Positions 15,308-29,361 are shown, counted from the stretch's first letter. The stretch: DNA of 64,000 nucleotides from Eledone cirrhosa (GCA_964016885.1 OZ024740.1:235104001-235168000); one strand, 5' to 3'. A program made the numbers and translations. The notes: a model not told the origin generated them from the sequence alone.

Positions 15308-18300
15308 GACACTGACTAGCATACACCCCCACACTCACACACACTTCTACTTTCCTCCCTTAAATGGGGCCCCACATCCAACTAGAATATCAATTCAATA
15401 TTTTTACCAACAAACAAAACAATGAGTATAATGTAAGTGGGGAAGGGAATGTTAACGTTTAGTCAGGTCCTTAAATCGATGAAATGTTAAAAATGTTCTT
15501 CCCCACACCAACATCAATTTTATTTTGTTTTAACTTTATTGAACTGATTTGGGGGGCTGGTGGAGACACGGCTATGTTTCTTCGATTTTTTTTTTTTATT
15601 GTACAAAATTATTTGCTATAAACTTGTTCCCTCTTTCAAGCTGTCGGCTTGTATTGCTGTGTTGTAAACTACCAGCCAGGTGTTCACATTTTCAGCCATA
15701 ATTTACGGTTTCTAATTTAGGTACAAAGCCAGCAATTTAAGTTGACTGGTTCTTTATTTTATCGACTATGAAATGGTGAAAAGTAAAGTTAATTTCGATG
15801 AGATTTGAGCTCAGAACGTAAAGAACCTGACCAAACACCGCAAAGCATTTGTCCAACGCTCTAACGACACTGCCAATTCACCATAACATAAGCAACCACC
15901 AATCACAACTTGGATGTGTTGAGCTCTTTCTATGCAGAATATAAGAAACCTTCAGATATATCGTGAATGTGGCTTAAAGAGGTTAAGAAATTATTTATGT
16001 AAATAATTGGCTGTGTATTCTGTCAGGTTCCTCTTTATACTGTCCTGTTTTGTTCCCTATATTTTCATTCCAACTACTCCATCAACACTATTTTCACATT
16101 TATGCTGTGAGATACCTCGTATGTTGGTATGACTGGCTGAATCTACATCTGCCATGATTATTTTCATCACTAACCTCTCTTGCCTCATGTCCAAACAAGT
16201 GTGTTCAAATTAGCATTTCCATTTTCCTATGAAGCTGACATAAGTCCTGAACTATACTGAGTTGTCAAAATTCTGCAGATTCTATATACCTCACTGCCAC
16301 TTCTGTATTGTTAAATGGTCATGTAGAATATAAATTGCAAGTAACTGATGCTTAGCTTCTTTTTTCATGATATTAACCATACGGGAGATAAATCTCTACA
16401 TGGATAGAATGTCAATCTACAACAGGTAACATTCCCAGATGATCTGATATCTAATTTTCTTGACAGCTATGTTAACTAGGGCAAAAATGTAGAGTACTAT
16501 AGCAACAGTGAAATATCAGAAGCAGATTTGAGCATGTAACCTATGAACAGGAAGTCCTATATCCTTTTCACTTTGCCATCTCCTCTCTACAGTTGAGTGA
16601 TTAACAGGAGAATGGATATACAGCTCTAAAAATTATTTATCTTAATAATATGTAAAATACCAAAATTGATAAAACCTTACTTCCTATGTTATTATATATA
16701 CTAGTAGTGTAAAATTGTCGCTGAAAGATACCTTTATTCTTTTACTGGCTTCAGTCATTGGACTGCTACCATGCTTTAAATATTTTAGTAGATCTACTCT
16801 TAGTACTTATATCAGTGTCATAGTTAATTGATTTCGATTTGTTGAGCTGCTAAGTTACAAAACTTAAAGGGACACGCCACACACACACAAATATATGTAT
16901 ACATGGTGGGCTTTTGCATAGTTTCTGCTTCAAGAATTCCACTCAAAAGATATTGGTCAACCCAAGTAGAAGACGCCCAATGTGCTGCAGCTTTTATTTC
17001 TTTTTTTTTTTTTTTTGTTGTCCAAGTTTACAAGTCACTGTCTTCAGATATTTTAACATATATGAAGGCATATGTGGCCTAGTAATTAGGTTGTTGAACT
17101 CAAGATTATAAGGTCATAGGTTCGATTCCATACTTTTCATTTTACATCGATTTTCCTAAGCCTGGGATCCCTACATGTTTTTCATAAGACTGAGGCCCCT
17201 CCTGTGAGTTGCAACCTCGTATGAGGCCAGCTAAACCTGCATAGGTAATAGCTATAAAGTTCATTTAGTTCTAATATACATGACAGAGGTTCCAATCTAT
17301 CAGTAAAGTATGAAATGAGGCAGTGCATTATTGATTATAGTTAAAGTTAAACTACGGCACTTTCAAGTGATCAGTCATCTGTAGCACATAATTCCTCACA
17401 TACATCTAATTTCCAATGACTATACATCCTTTACAGGAATATACCACAGTCCTAGTGTACCTCTACTGAAAAACATTGGCTCTGTAGAGAGAACGTCTAG
17501 CACCATACAATGTCATGCTTTGTACTGTCTGTTTGCAAATAGTTACCCCCAAGAAATTTCCCTAAAAATGACCCCCAATCATTGACCTAAACATCTTGAC
17601 CCACATCATTATCTGTCACTATAGTTTTTCCACTGATTACTATATTCTGTTGTAAAGATTGTTTTCAATGGGGGAGAAAGAGAACTGTTTTTTGCTTAAT
17701 TAGGATATTTAGTTATCAACATGTGTCATTTTGTCTTGTATGCTGTCACTTTACAGACTGTTTATAGTTGTCAATGTCACTAATTGTTTTGTAAAAAATA
17801 CTGAAGACTTAGAATAAATGTCAAATTGAGAATGAATTTTACTGAATAGTCTAAGTTGTAATCCATTGTTCTTATGTTGGTAACCTCAAATTGTCACTTC
17901 AGAAATACTTCTCAGCCTTCACCAGACCTAGTGTAACAGTGGGTTTAATCTTGGATCTTTTGTGTATATTAACAAATCAGGTCTGAAGGGGTTGATGTGA
18001 ACTAAATGCTCTGAAATTCACAAGCACATTGCAGTAATCATCGCAGGGGTGATACCCATCTGTGATGTTGGTCTGTAGCCTCTCTCTCTAGTAACTGCAG
18101 CTTGTAATGCACTTGCAGTGACTATAACAGTTGTTGAACTAGTGACCTTTTTATTTACGATACAGTCAGCTAATGAAGCACTCAAAGCTGAAAGAAATAT
18201 GCACACTGCCCAGAATCATAACACATTACTATTAATTTCTTTGAGCTTTTAGCATTTAGTAAGTTCATACAAAAAGTTTTATATTTTTGATGTTCCAATT

Positions 18301-19039
18301 ACAGATATAGTTGCAGGTTTAACAACCTAATATAATTACATCAAAGAAAAGTCATATTAGCCACAATGTAATTGGTTCAGTTTCAACACAATCTCACATC
18401 AACTCACTTGCCAAACAAGTATAACTCAGAAATCTAGTGTACCCTCTCTTGTAAAGACCACACATACATGTAGTTTACTTTGCATTGATTGAAGTGGTCT
18501 TTCTCGTCGCTACCAAATTTGGATTTGGGTGATCATTTTCAAGATTAATACCTTAAACTCACCATTCTACTATGCTATATTGCTTTTGGATATGGAATTG
18601 ATGCCTCAGACGTAAGCTGCAAAGAAAATCTTTCATTCACTGTTCCACCTTTCATCTCACTCTCAGTTTCCACCTTATCTACCAATATTTTAATGATATC
18701 TGATGCTCTTCCGCTTAATATTGTTTATTCTATATTAGAGCTACATCACATTTCTTTGTCTTTCTACTTTCTATAACTATATCCATGCACAGCTTACTAA
18801 CTTTATGCTGTCTTCCTAATTTAACTCCTATTATCTTCTATTATGTTTCATACTCTAAATTACCTCCTGAACTAAAGTCTTTCCTATCAGCAAAACACAT
18901 CTGAAACTAAACTGACAACATTAATAATAAAACAACACACAATGAGGGAAACAATTTCATACTTTTTATCTATTTTGTGTATATGTATGATGTCCAAAGG
19001 AATATCCTTCATCTCCAACTAACTTACCCTCTGCCTTTT

Positions 19040-19620
19040 TGTCCCAAAGGATGGTGAGAAAGACATGCTGGAACAGCCACTCCACCTCGTGAGGCTTGCG
19101 CAAATGGGCAGCTAACTCCGCTCCATTAGCAGTTAGCAGAGATGTGGTCTGGAGGCCAAGAATGCTGGAAATCTCCACTGCTACAGGTTCTACCACAAAC
19201 CTATCAGAGAGTGGGTGATACTTGGACAGTTTACCCGCATCGGCCTGGCAAGGAGCAGTGGCTGAACACTCCAAGTTGCCACTAGAGAAGGTGTCAAAGC
19301 ATGTAGCATCCCATATGAGGGGCCCACCCCCATGGAATGGGAAGATTGTCATGCCATCTGGCCTTTTGCTGTCCCCTTGTCTAGCCCTGCTGGCTCGAGC
19401 TGGGAAGAGAAGCCTGCACTGACTAGACCATGCTTTATGATCTTGTTGAGAGCAGCAAGGCGTGGAAGGCGTAGCTGCATGACAGTAGGTGGAGATCAAA
19501 AAGATCTACTGTGGTACCGCAGTGGCATTTATGAAGCTCATAGACACGAAAGCTGAGCCTTGGGGAAACACCAATGCACAAGCAGTTGCTGTCCAGCAAC
19601 CACATCCACTCAAGGGAAGA
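19040..19620 (-). mobile_element. Fragment of a CRE-like non-LTR retrotransposon (CCHC knuckle plus restriction-like endonuclease)
   Basis: KCHCG...HLLSC, then KRPDGMTIFPF..G.PLIWDATCFDT and K..KY...FVVEPVAVEISSILG. Frameshifted. Confidence 0.8.
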
Positions 19621-19914
19621 CCTTAAATATTTATAGGTCTTGATGCCTTTTTCTTTTTACTATGTATCCTATTTTTTAGAATAGTTGTACTGCATCCCTA
19701 CATATTGTAAGAGGTTGGCTTCAGAAAGTGCATCTTGCCGAAAAACACTCAAAATGTCCTGTCCAGCCCATGTCAGCATGGAAAAGTGGATGTAAAAAAA
19801 TGACAATGAAAATGGTGATGGCTGTTAAACTATTAGCCAAGCTATATCCTCTCTTTAATATCAACAAACAATCTCATATATTCTGAACTTAATTGTTCAG
19901 TCCTCATAGATCTG

Positions 19915-20036
19915 TTAGTTATGCTCCTGAATAACAAAACTCTTTTAGTTATGCTCCTGAATAACAAAACTCTTTTAGTTATGCTCCTGAATAACAAAAC
20001 TCTTTTAGTTATGCTCCTGAATAACAAAACTCTTTT
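19915..20036. repeat. 30-bp tandem repeat, 4 copies
   Basis: (TTAGTTATGCTCCTGAATAACAAAACTCTT)x4. Confidence 0.95.
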
Positions 20037-20368
20037 GTTAAAGATTTTTGTTAGTGATTGACAATTGGATAGTACTGTCATTTTTCTGTTGAATAACCAG
20101 TAAAACTAGCTTAAAAGAGCATCAGTCATTTATATATTTTTAATTGTTTCCTCCTGCTCTATTATCTCATTCTAGCACAGTCATGGGTAAACTGCAGTCC
20201 ATTTGGCTTTCTGAATGGCACGTCTTATTTCAAAATTGCTTTGAGTTTTTAGTAGTGCAACCTTCCCTATGATGAGACACAATCTATGTGATCTACTGCT
20301 CAAAAAAGGTTTCCTTTGCCTGTTCTGGCACATCATTCAACCTACTTGAAATAACAGCCAAACCTCTC

Positions 20369-20520
20369 TTAACCCTTTAGCATTTACATTACTCTATATT
20401 TACTATTGTATTTTCACGGTAAAGGCTTTATTTCACAATATATCTCACATAATATCGAATCTACAAGACTTTAATAACCTAGCATCAGTATGAGCAGCTG
20501 GTTATGGCCTGTTTGAACAG
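20369..20520. mobile_element. Truncated copy of the TTAA-type MITE at 26072
   Basis: TTAACCCTTTAGCATT...GTAAAGGCTTTA matches the left part of 26072-26299. Confidence 0.6.
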
Positions 20521-20898
20521 GGTGAACCTGGGACTAAACAATAACCAATATATATTACAGTTCTTGCACAGCTCTCATCTCTCATGTTCTAAATATGTGC
20601 AATAAAGTCTCCAATAAATGGCAGAATTAGTAGTATGGCAAACAAAATGCCTTGTGGCATTTCGTTACATCTTTTTAAGCTCTAGTTCAAATCCCACCTG
20701 TCAGATTTGCCTTTCATCCGTTTGAGAGTAATACAATTGAAGTCAAATACTGGAGTCAAACTAGTTGACAATTGTTTCCCCCTACTCAATATTAATACCT
20801 CTTTCTTCTATCACATCAATCAACCTACTAGAATACCAACAATGCCGTCTTCCCTAGATTTATGGCCTTGTGTGAATGTTAAAAATAAATCATGTATT

Positions 20899-21206
20899 GG
20901 CAGTATCGGTAGTGTTGGACGCCATGCTGTCCAGCATAGTTACGTCCCTTTACGATCTGAGTTCAAATCCTGCCGAGGTTAACTTTGCCTTTCATCCTCG
21001 ATAAAATAAAGTACCAGTAATGCACTGGGTATTTGCTGGCCTTGTGCCTAAAGTAGAAACAATTATTATTTTGATGTTAAAGTTGTGAAAATGGTATGGT
21101 TATGGATTAAACAGGAGCAGGAGGTCTATTTTAGGTATTTAGATATATTCTATATTCAAAAAATTCTAGCAGGGTTGATTTTGGACATGCATTTTTCCAA
21201 TGCCTT

Positions 21207-21241
<35 letters not shown>

Positions 21242-21850
21242 GTACACTTACGTACTCACATATTATACCATACTGTAAAGTGGATGGTGTTAGGAAGGGC
21301 AAACCAAGCCAAAAATGGAACATATGAGCAAAATGTCAGCACCTGTCTGTTTTAAAATCAGAATGTGACATACAAGTATGGAAAATAGACATTAAATGGT
21401 TATGATTATGATTTATTGGGATTATTTCAGTTGATTATAGAGTTACGACCCTTGCCATTCTGAGTTCAAATCCCGCCGAGGTTAACTTTGCCTTTCATCC
21501 TTACGGGGTCGATAAAAAAAAAGTACCAGTAATACACTGGGCGATTTCTGGCCTTGTGCCAGAAGAAGAAACAATTATTTCAGTTGATTATATCTATATT
21601 TTACAATTTAGTGGCCTAGTGCCAATTTTAGAAATCTTTTATTATTATTATTATTATTATAGGGCGGTGGATTGGCAGTATCGGTAGAGGGTCGGACGCC
21701 ATGCTTTCCAGCATAGTTATGTGCCTTTACAGTCTGAGTTCAAATCCCGTCGAGGTTAACTTTGCCTTTCATCCTTACGGGGTCGATAAAATAAAGTACC
21801 AGTAATGCACTGGGTAATTGCTGGCCTTGTGCCAAATGTAGAAACCATTA
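20899..21850 (+). mobile_element. Three SINE family A copies (~20899-21065, ~21436-21575, ~21673-21850)
   Basis: Same B-box, core and tail as the 8.8 kb copies. Confidence 0.85.
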
Positions 21851-21859
21851 TTATTATTA

Positions 21860-22134
21860 CTAAATGAGGGCAACGTCTTCACCCTCTTTCTCTCACACAC
21901 ACTCTCTAAAAAAATGACGTTTCTTTTTCTCTATGTAGATCTCTTTCGCTTGGTGCAGCCCCTCTCTATATATAGATGTGGGCGACGTCGTAATTTTCTG
22001 TCTATCTACCTCTTTCTGTCACCTCGAAAACGCTCTGCTTTCTCTTTTCTCTCTCTATGTACATATCTTTCGCTTGGCGCTCCCCCACTATATATAAAGT
22101 GAGCGTGGGACAGACAGCGCTCTTATAATATAGA
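21860..22134 (-). mobile_element. Possible non-autonomous Helitron-like insertion in the (ATT)n tail of a SINE
   Basis: Minus strand begins TCTATATTATAAGAGCGCTGTCTGTCCC and is inserted between A and T. The 3' end reads TTAG rather than CTAG. Confidence 0.4.
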
Positions 22135-22549
22135 TTATTATTATTATTATGCCTTGCAGTATTTGTTCTGGCTTATTCCATTCTGAGTTCAATCCCACTT
22201 AGGTCAATTTTGATAAAATACCTTTTTTTTTATTTCTGACCTTGTGCTTGTGTTCAAAATTGCTATTGTTATAATTATTGATATTTGTTTTTACTTTAGG
22301 TACAAGGCCGGCGTAATAATTATTGATAATATTGATTCCAGTTCTTGACTGGTAGTTTATTTTAAAGCTGAAGTCAACTTTTTGCCTTTCATACTTCTGA
22401 GCTGAAGTCCTGGGGCAATAAAATCGACTGTCTACTCAAAATTCCTGGCCTTGTACCTAAATTAAAAATGATTATCATTAGGACAGTGTACAGGTAGAGT
22501 CAGTTGAATGTCAGGCTAAATATGGTATTTAGTCACATTTACTTAGATT

Positions 22550-23515
22550 CATCATCATCATCACTGTTTTACGTCCGTTCTTCCACGCTAGCATGGGTTA
22601 GACGGGTTGTCCTGTTGTGGGCAGTGTCTGGTCGGCTGACCATGCCTTACTCATACAGGAACTGATCTGGCTTGATTTCTACAGCTGGATGCCCTTCCTA
22701 ACACCAACCTCATTTACAGTGAGTGCTGGGTGCTTTTTCGTGGCGCCTACACGTCCACTTTACAGTGTGGGCTGGGTGCTTTTTTGCCGTGGCACCTCCA
22801 CGACCACCTTGCGGTGGGGGCATATTGTTTATATGCTTCAGCATGTACCCATGGGAGGTCGGGTACCCTGTATTACTGCGTGACGCCAGATTCTAAGTTC
22901 AAATCCTGTTGGCGACATCTTTGCTTTCGTCCAACTGTTATCTTCACTCTTTCCACCCCTCCACAAATTTTTAGCCTTGTATCAGTTAGAAATCTTTATT
23001 ATTACGGAAATTGATGGATTGGCAGAACTGGTAGTATTTGTTAGAATACTTTATGGTTTTTAACATGACCCTATATGTTTTCAGTTCAAATTATGACAGT
23101 CAAACTTACCTTTCAGCCTTTCCTGAAACCATAAAATATATGCCAATCTATGCAATGGTATTGGTATATATATGGAGGCACATGGCTTAGTGGTTAGAGC
23201 ATTGGTCTTGCAATCGAAATGTTGTGAGTTCAATTCTGAGACTGGGTGATGTGGTGTTTCCTTGAGCAAGACACTTTATTTCACATTGCTCCAGTTTACT
23301 CAGCTGTAGAAATGAGATGATAGGGACTGGGGTCCTAATCATTCCACTGCAAAGTGGTCATGGAGGTGCCACGGCAAAAAAGCACCCAGCACTCACTGTA
23401 AATGCGGTTGGTGTTAGGAAGGGCATCCAGCTGTAGAAATCGAGTCAGAATCAGTTCCCGTCACACCCTTGCAAGCAGGGAAAAGTGGACATAAAATGAA
23501 ATGATGAATGATGAT
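22550..23515. mobile_element. Two oppositely oriented copies of SINE/LINE-tail family B (~22550-22810 and ~23355-23515)
   Basis: GGTGTTAGGAAGGGCATCCAGCTGTAGAAA...(ATG)n tail on + at 23410-23515 and its reverse complement at 22550-22810. More copies near 19700, 32820, 34730, 34960, 39660, 41855, 46820 and 47500. Confidence 0.7.
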
Positions 23516-23959
23516 ATATAATATATAATCAACTGTTCCTCCTCCCACTGCCTTAGTCTCTATATTAGAAATCATTGTTTGACAAACCTTTCATCCCAGG
23601 GCAAGTGTGAAGCAAAGTTGCGTATATTTGTATTTCTTAGAACAAGGCAGGTTTCCTTATGCTCTCAAAGGGATAATTCGAGATAGTCCTAACTGATGTG
23701 TAAAGTGATACCTCCTCTGTCAGCCAGTGAGCTTGATATTTAAAACTGAAGCAGGCTGAAATAATGTGCCATGCACCTGCCTGTGCACAAGTGTCACAGT
23801 GAAGGATATTGGCAGTGGGGTTGATTTCATGCTCATTGTCATCTTTGTAACACAGGATAGACAAGTAGTGAGTGTCAAAGTAACTAAGTCTTAATGGACA
23901 TACACATCATAATGTCACTGGAATAATACAAAACCATACCAGTGCTGTGCCCCGCTGAA

Positions 23960-24590
23960 GGAAGAGAAGGAAAGACCATGTGGCTAGTGGCAAACGGCCT
24001 AGGTTCTACACATGTGACAATAAAGGACATCTGAAGGATGCTGTTCCCATATTACCACCAGTTGTACTACAGGTTATAGCTCAGCAGATTAATCCCAAAA
24101 TTGCCTCTTCCTCAGTCCCAGAGGTTTATAAGCAAAATGCAGACTGGTACTCCACAGAAGTACCAGTTCAGTATCTTATGACAGAAATGGGGTGATGTAC
24201 AAAACACAAAAGTGTCAAACTGCCAGTAGTAGGGGAAGCCTACCAAAAAGAATAGAAAACTAAACCCAAGGGAAAGATAAGCAAAATGTTTAATGTGATA
24301 CCTGTTCCATCTTCATGAATTTTCACAGTCCATATAGGAAATAAAGAATGGATGACTGAAATAATCTATAAGTACATCCATGTAAGGAATGTGCAGATTT
24401 ACAAGGAGTTGGACTCTGATTATCTAGAATATACAGAAGCTAGGCTGCCTGTGAAAACCACCATTTGTGTGCTAGGTAGAAATATACATAAATTACAACA
24501 GCCATGTGGACCTTTTCTTACTTCTTTTGACACATGAACTGCTCACAAGCACTTACAGGGCAGATTATATTATGAAGTGCAGCTGTTGAT
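23960..24590 (+). mobile_element. Degenerate L1/Tx1-like remnant (ORF1 zinc knuckle, start of APE endonuclease)
   Basis: GKRPRFYTCDNKGHLK resembles CxxCxxxGHxxxxC. Downstream IHVRN resembles the NVRG start of APE. Heavily decayed. Confidence 0.35.
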
Positions 24591-24799
24591 CAGTTGTATG
24601 TTTCCATTAAATTATATGTTTATATATACACATGCATACATGGTCCTGTAACTCGGGAAGGAGTTGTAGAGGCGTCATATTGACATGCTGTATTTCTAGG
24701 GCATTTTAAAACATGACGGAGCCCATCCCTCTCCAGGTCTGTCTGTATACAGCAGATTTCTTCCAGAGAATAATAGAGAGTGAGAAAGGGATATAGAGG

Positions 24800-24960
24800 A
24801 AGAATCAACCCCTGTATTAGACTGGTACTTTTTTTTTTATCAACCTTGAAAGGATGAAAGGGAAAGTTAACCTCAGCGAGATTTGAACTCAGATAGCAGA
24901 AACGAATACCACAAAGCATTCGATCTGATGTTCTAATGGCTCCATTTCGCCAATTCGCCA
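24800..24960 (-). mobile_element. SINE family A copy, minus strand
   Basis: GGATGAAAGGGAAAGTTAACCTCAGCGAGATTTGAACTCAGA on + strand. Confidence 0.75.
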
Positions 24961-26071
24961 ACTTTTTCTATTGTATATATTCATTAAAATATTTTTTTAA
25001 TGTTTAACATGTCTTAATATATTGAATTTACGCCTTCCACATTTTTATATCTTGTGTCTTTCCCCAATATTTTGTATATGCCTATTATTAATAGACCCTG
25101 GTGGCAAATAGAATAAAATTATGATCTAGTTTTAGTTTTCAAATAGAACCATCTACATGTGTTGCTAATGCCCCTTTGGGAAAATCGTAACCATCACAAA
25201 GCCCACCTTTTTTTTTTACATTAAAAACCAGTATCATTATTAGTGGAAAAAAAACGTATTTTTTATTAACCCCCTTTGTTGTTTATTCAAGTAACTACTA
25301 GCATTGCTATTTCAAAGTAAATAAAATAGGACTTTGTGGCAATGTAGCTGATATATCTGCATTGTTCAAACAGCATTGGCTAATTATTGTTAACCAACAT
25401 AATACTAACTCCACCAAACCTCCAGGCAGAACCAACAATGGTTTGTTTGTTATTTGTTGTTGGTGTTTCACAATTGCATGCTGGTTCACTGCAGTGATGG
25501 GATGTAGGTGTTCTATATTACTGCTATAAATATCAAACTTCCTCCTGTTGGTTCAGTCGAATAAGAGACATTTTTTGTAAGCTGGTTTTGGGTTTTTACA
25601 TGCACACACATTGCATGTGTGTGTGCTCAAATACACACATGCACACTGTATATACTTGTATATAAGTTGCATCAGTACATAAGTTACAACTCCATTTTAC
25701 ATACATTACAATGTGACATATTTTGAATTGGTCCAATAGATAAGTTGTATGCTGGTTTTTTGCATATTTTCATAAGAAAAGGTAACTTATACACATACAG
25801 TGTGTGTGTATGTATATATATATTCATTCTTTATTATTACTAAGTGGTGGGTGTCTTGTTACTCTAGTTTCACCTGTATGCTCACACAATCAAATGAGAC
25901 TTGTCTGATGGTCCGTGAAACTTCAAAATTCCTGCCACCTTTTTCTTCAGAAAATCTCTGCTCACTTGCGTTGAGTGCCTATTCAGTTAATGTTTGAATG
26001 TTCTAGCTTGCACTTGAACTATGTACCACCACCACCACCTTATTTATAGAAATTGTGTGCCATTGGCCTGT

Positions 26072-26299
26072 TTAACCCTTTAGCATTCAGATTACTCTAT
26101 ATATACTATTGTATTTTCATGGTAAAGGCTTTACCTCACATAATTATCTCACATAGTATCGAATCTGTGAGATCTTGAAAGTATTTATTTTGAGAACAAT
26201 ACCGTAACATCAGTTTGAGCGACCAGTTACAGCCAGTTTCAACAGAAAGGGGTAGAGAATTCTGGCCGGTTTTGGCTGGTTTGAACACTAAAGGGTTAA
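26072..26299. mobile_element. piggyBac-type MITE
   Basis: TTAA|CCCTTTAGCATTCA...TGAACACTAAAGGG|TTAA, i.e. TTAA target duplication with CCC-starting TIRs. Confidence 0.8.
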
Positions 26300-27689
26300 G
26301 TTATTTTTCAGTTGTGCAAATTATCCTGACCAAAAATTGTCTATAACTTTTTTGTAAATGCAAAATTTTTGTGTCGGCTGATAATACAATCATGTGTAGA
26401 TGTTCAGCTTATGAGGTCTAATAAACTGAAATATATCCATAATCATCCCTTACATGCTAACGAAAATCAAACTTTAACTTGGAGCATATAAATTAAATTG
26501 AGAAATAAATCCATGCCATTGGCCTTTTTTCAAGTTGTTTCCCTTATATAATTTTTTAATATAACGTTATTTTGAGCATTTCAGTATTACACAATATAAG
26601 AAACCATAAAGCCAGTACGTCTAGCTATTTATCTCAGACATTTAATCCCATCAATCTTCCATGTGTTTTTTTACTTTTTACATGTGAGTGCAGCATAGTC
26701 AAATGGTTTAGGAATTTGCCTCACAATCATTAGCTTCCAGGTTTGATCCCATTCTGGAATCTTGGGAAGTGTCATTTACCAAACCATACTTTGTGAGTGA
26801 AATTAGGTAGACAGAAACTGTTTGGAAACCTATTGGATGGACTGTACCTGTAATTCAAAGGGGTAGCCTTGTCACACACAGTCACACTGAATTTCCCTAA
26901 GAGATATATTATGCATGACCTGGCTGGTCCATTGATCGACCAACTAGAGCACTTATCATCTAAGCTAATGGAGATTCATTCCATTTTTTTTTATATGGAT
27001 TGACTAGAAGTTTGTAACTCCACCAGTCCAATTGTTTAATCACGTCTCTGAAAGTCCTCTTAGCTAGCTGCCAGTGACCAGAAGGCCCACAAATCAAAGC
27101 CATCACAATTACTGTATATACTCAAATATAAGCCAGCCCACTATTTTATGTCTGAGAAATTGGCAGAAATTCAAACCTTATTTATGTAGAATTTGAAGTT
27201 GGTGAAAATCGTCAAAATATTAATATTGACCACAAGATGGTCTGCATCAGCTGGAATCACTTTTTTTTTAATGTTTAGTCAAGGAGGGAAAGGCAGTGCC
27301 CATGAAGCTCTTCAAGGCTTCCATGACTGGTGGGAGTATGGAAGATATCCTCAAATGAGGGACCTGTTCTAAATGTTTGCAACAGATTGGTGATGTTAAA
27401 CTGAGCACTGAGTTAAGTCTACCACCTAAAATTGTAAATATATTCCTATTTTCTTCTGTGACAAAGAATTCTATCAGGATCATTTGTGCCTTACTTCATG
27501 TTACAGCCCAATAAGAAACAATGTTGAAATAGTGCGTAGATGTTTCCTCTCATTAACATATTCAATTAGAACAATTTACTAAAAAGACTATAACTTATAA
27601 ATCATATATTTTGTGAGATGTTTGAATTTTTTTGACAATTTTTTTTTGTTCTTTGTTTATTTTACCTCATTTTTTTCTTTCTTTTTCAG

Positions 27690-27733
27690 CTTCCAAACTA
27701 GTAACTGGTGTGTGTACTAAATACTTGCAGCAG
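27690..27733 (+). CDS. LEMD3: LEMD3-like internal exon (xSKLVTGVCTKYLQQ)
   Basis: Long polypyrimidine tract plus CAG acceptor and CAG|GTAAAC donor. Ends in phase 0, matching the next exon. No recognisable homology. Confidence 0.65.
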
Positions 27734-29361
27734 GTAAACTTTGTCAGTTTTCTCCTTAACTTAGCTATTGAAGACTAATGTTTTTCCCCTGCTTTCATGA
27801 GTCAAAGCAAAATAAGAGATAATTTTTTTTCATCTAGAAGGAATATCCAGTACCTACTAAAATTCAGGGAAGACTTGATAGCTATTTTCTCAAGCTGTGT
27901 GACATGAAGCTCATTGTATTGATTCCACTTAATGTGTCCCTATTCAGCATCAGAATGAAATGCCTGCAATTTGAGCTCAAAACCTGTGTTGATAGACCAA
28001 CTTATCCTCTTGACATTTCACCTTTATTTATTGTTGACCTTGTGTTGTGATTATCTGAGTTGGTAAGTGACAATAATATAGTAGATCATATCATATATCA
28101 GTTTACCATCAGTTTATGGCTATCACTTGATCTGTTTTAGATGTAAGAGGGCTGAGGGGAGAAGATATGACTACTAGCTCATAGGTCATAGATTCAAATC
28201 AGCTACCAGGCAGAACATTTTTATTATTATTATTATTTTTGTTGTTGTTGTTATTAAAATGGTGGTGGTGTTAAACCAGGCAACTGGTTAGGTAGACCTG
28301 ATCTTTTGTCGAGTTAACACCAACTCTTGGGGTGCTTTTAGCAGAATTCACTCTTTTACAAGCATTCAAACCATGGTTTTAATCAAGGCATTTGTAGGGC
28401 ATCTAAGACTGGTGAGGTGGTTGTGGTTGATGTTCAGCCTGAACAGCAACAAAATAACTCGAGACCTCGGTGTGTTGCTTCTTACTACAGCAACCCATGA
28501 AATAGTAATGTTTTGAGGTTTAACAAAAGAAGCAAGGGCTGCAAAAGTGATGGGCACAGCCCTTGCTTCTTTCGTTAAACCTTAAAACATTACTATGCTG
28601 TCTCAATTATAGGTATCAGATTATATAAGAATATTTCTTGTGGTAAATATGCATCTTACCTAACAGAAGATTTAACTCTGTCATGAAATCAAAGATATGT
28701 ACTGGTCTATAAAAGCCTCTTAAAGTTTAGGAGTCATTTACAAATAACACACTCAGCAGACACTTCTTCCCTCTGTTCATTTTAAGTGGATCGGTCATAG
28801 ATAACAAGTAAGATTCTATGCTAGAAAAAAAACAAATCACCCAATATCATCTTAACTTTTAATGCCCTATAATGATTTAGCGAAAATGTTGAAAAATAGG
28901 TTTGTTAATTCAGATATTTATAGTAACTTTACTAGTGGACACATTGGTGGGAAAATTTGCAGTAAATTAAAGCAAGGTGTGATGCAGTCATAGTGCTGTT
29001 TTGTACTTTTCAAAAATGTCTTGTTAATGCAGCTTTGTGATACAGGATGGTAAGAGTTAAACATGGATAATGTAGACCTACGTGTACTGTTTGATTCAAA
29101 TACTGCATTGTATTTGATCAGAAGGGTGATCTGGAGTTAAACACCAGTTCTATTTGTGGATGGCTGATCTATCCTGTCTTTCTGTTTATAGTTACATCAA
29201 TATTGTCGATGTAACTATATTGTTCACTTTACACAGTTATTGACATTCATACCAAAACTGCCTTTATTGTAATAACTTAATCAAAGAGTTTGACATTTGT
29301 TTATCTTACTGGGGTGAATTGCTTTTAAAGTGCTTTTTTTCTCTCTGCCTCTCTCTCTTAG

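Noticed and set aside
29187-29219. 12-bp stem hairpin TATAGTTACATC...GATGTAACTATA
   Set aside because: Short and AT-rich, with no supporting context.
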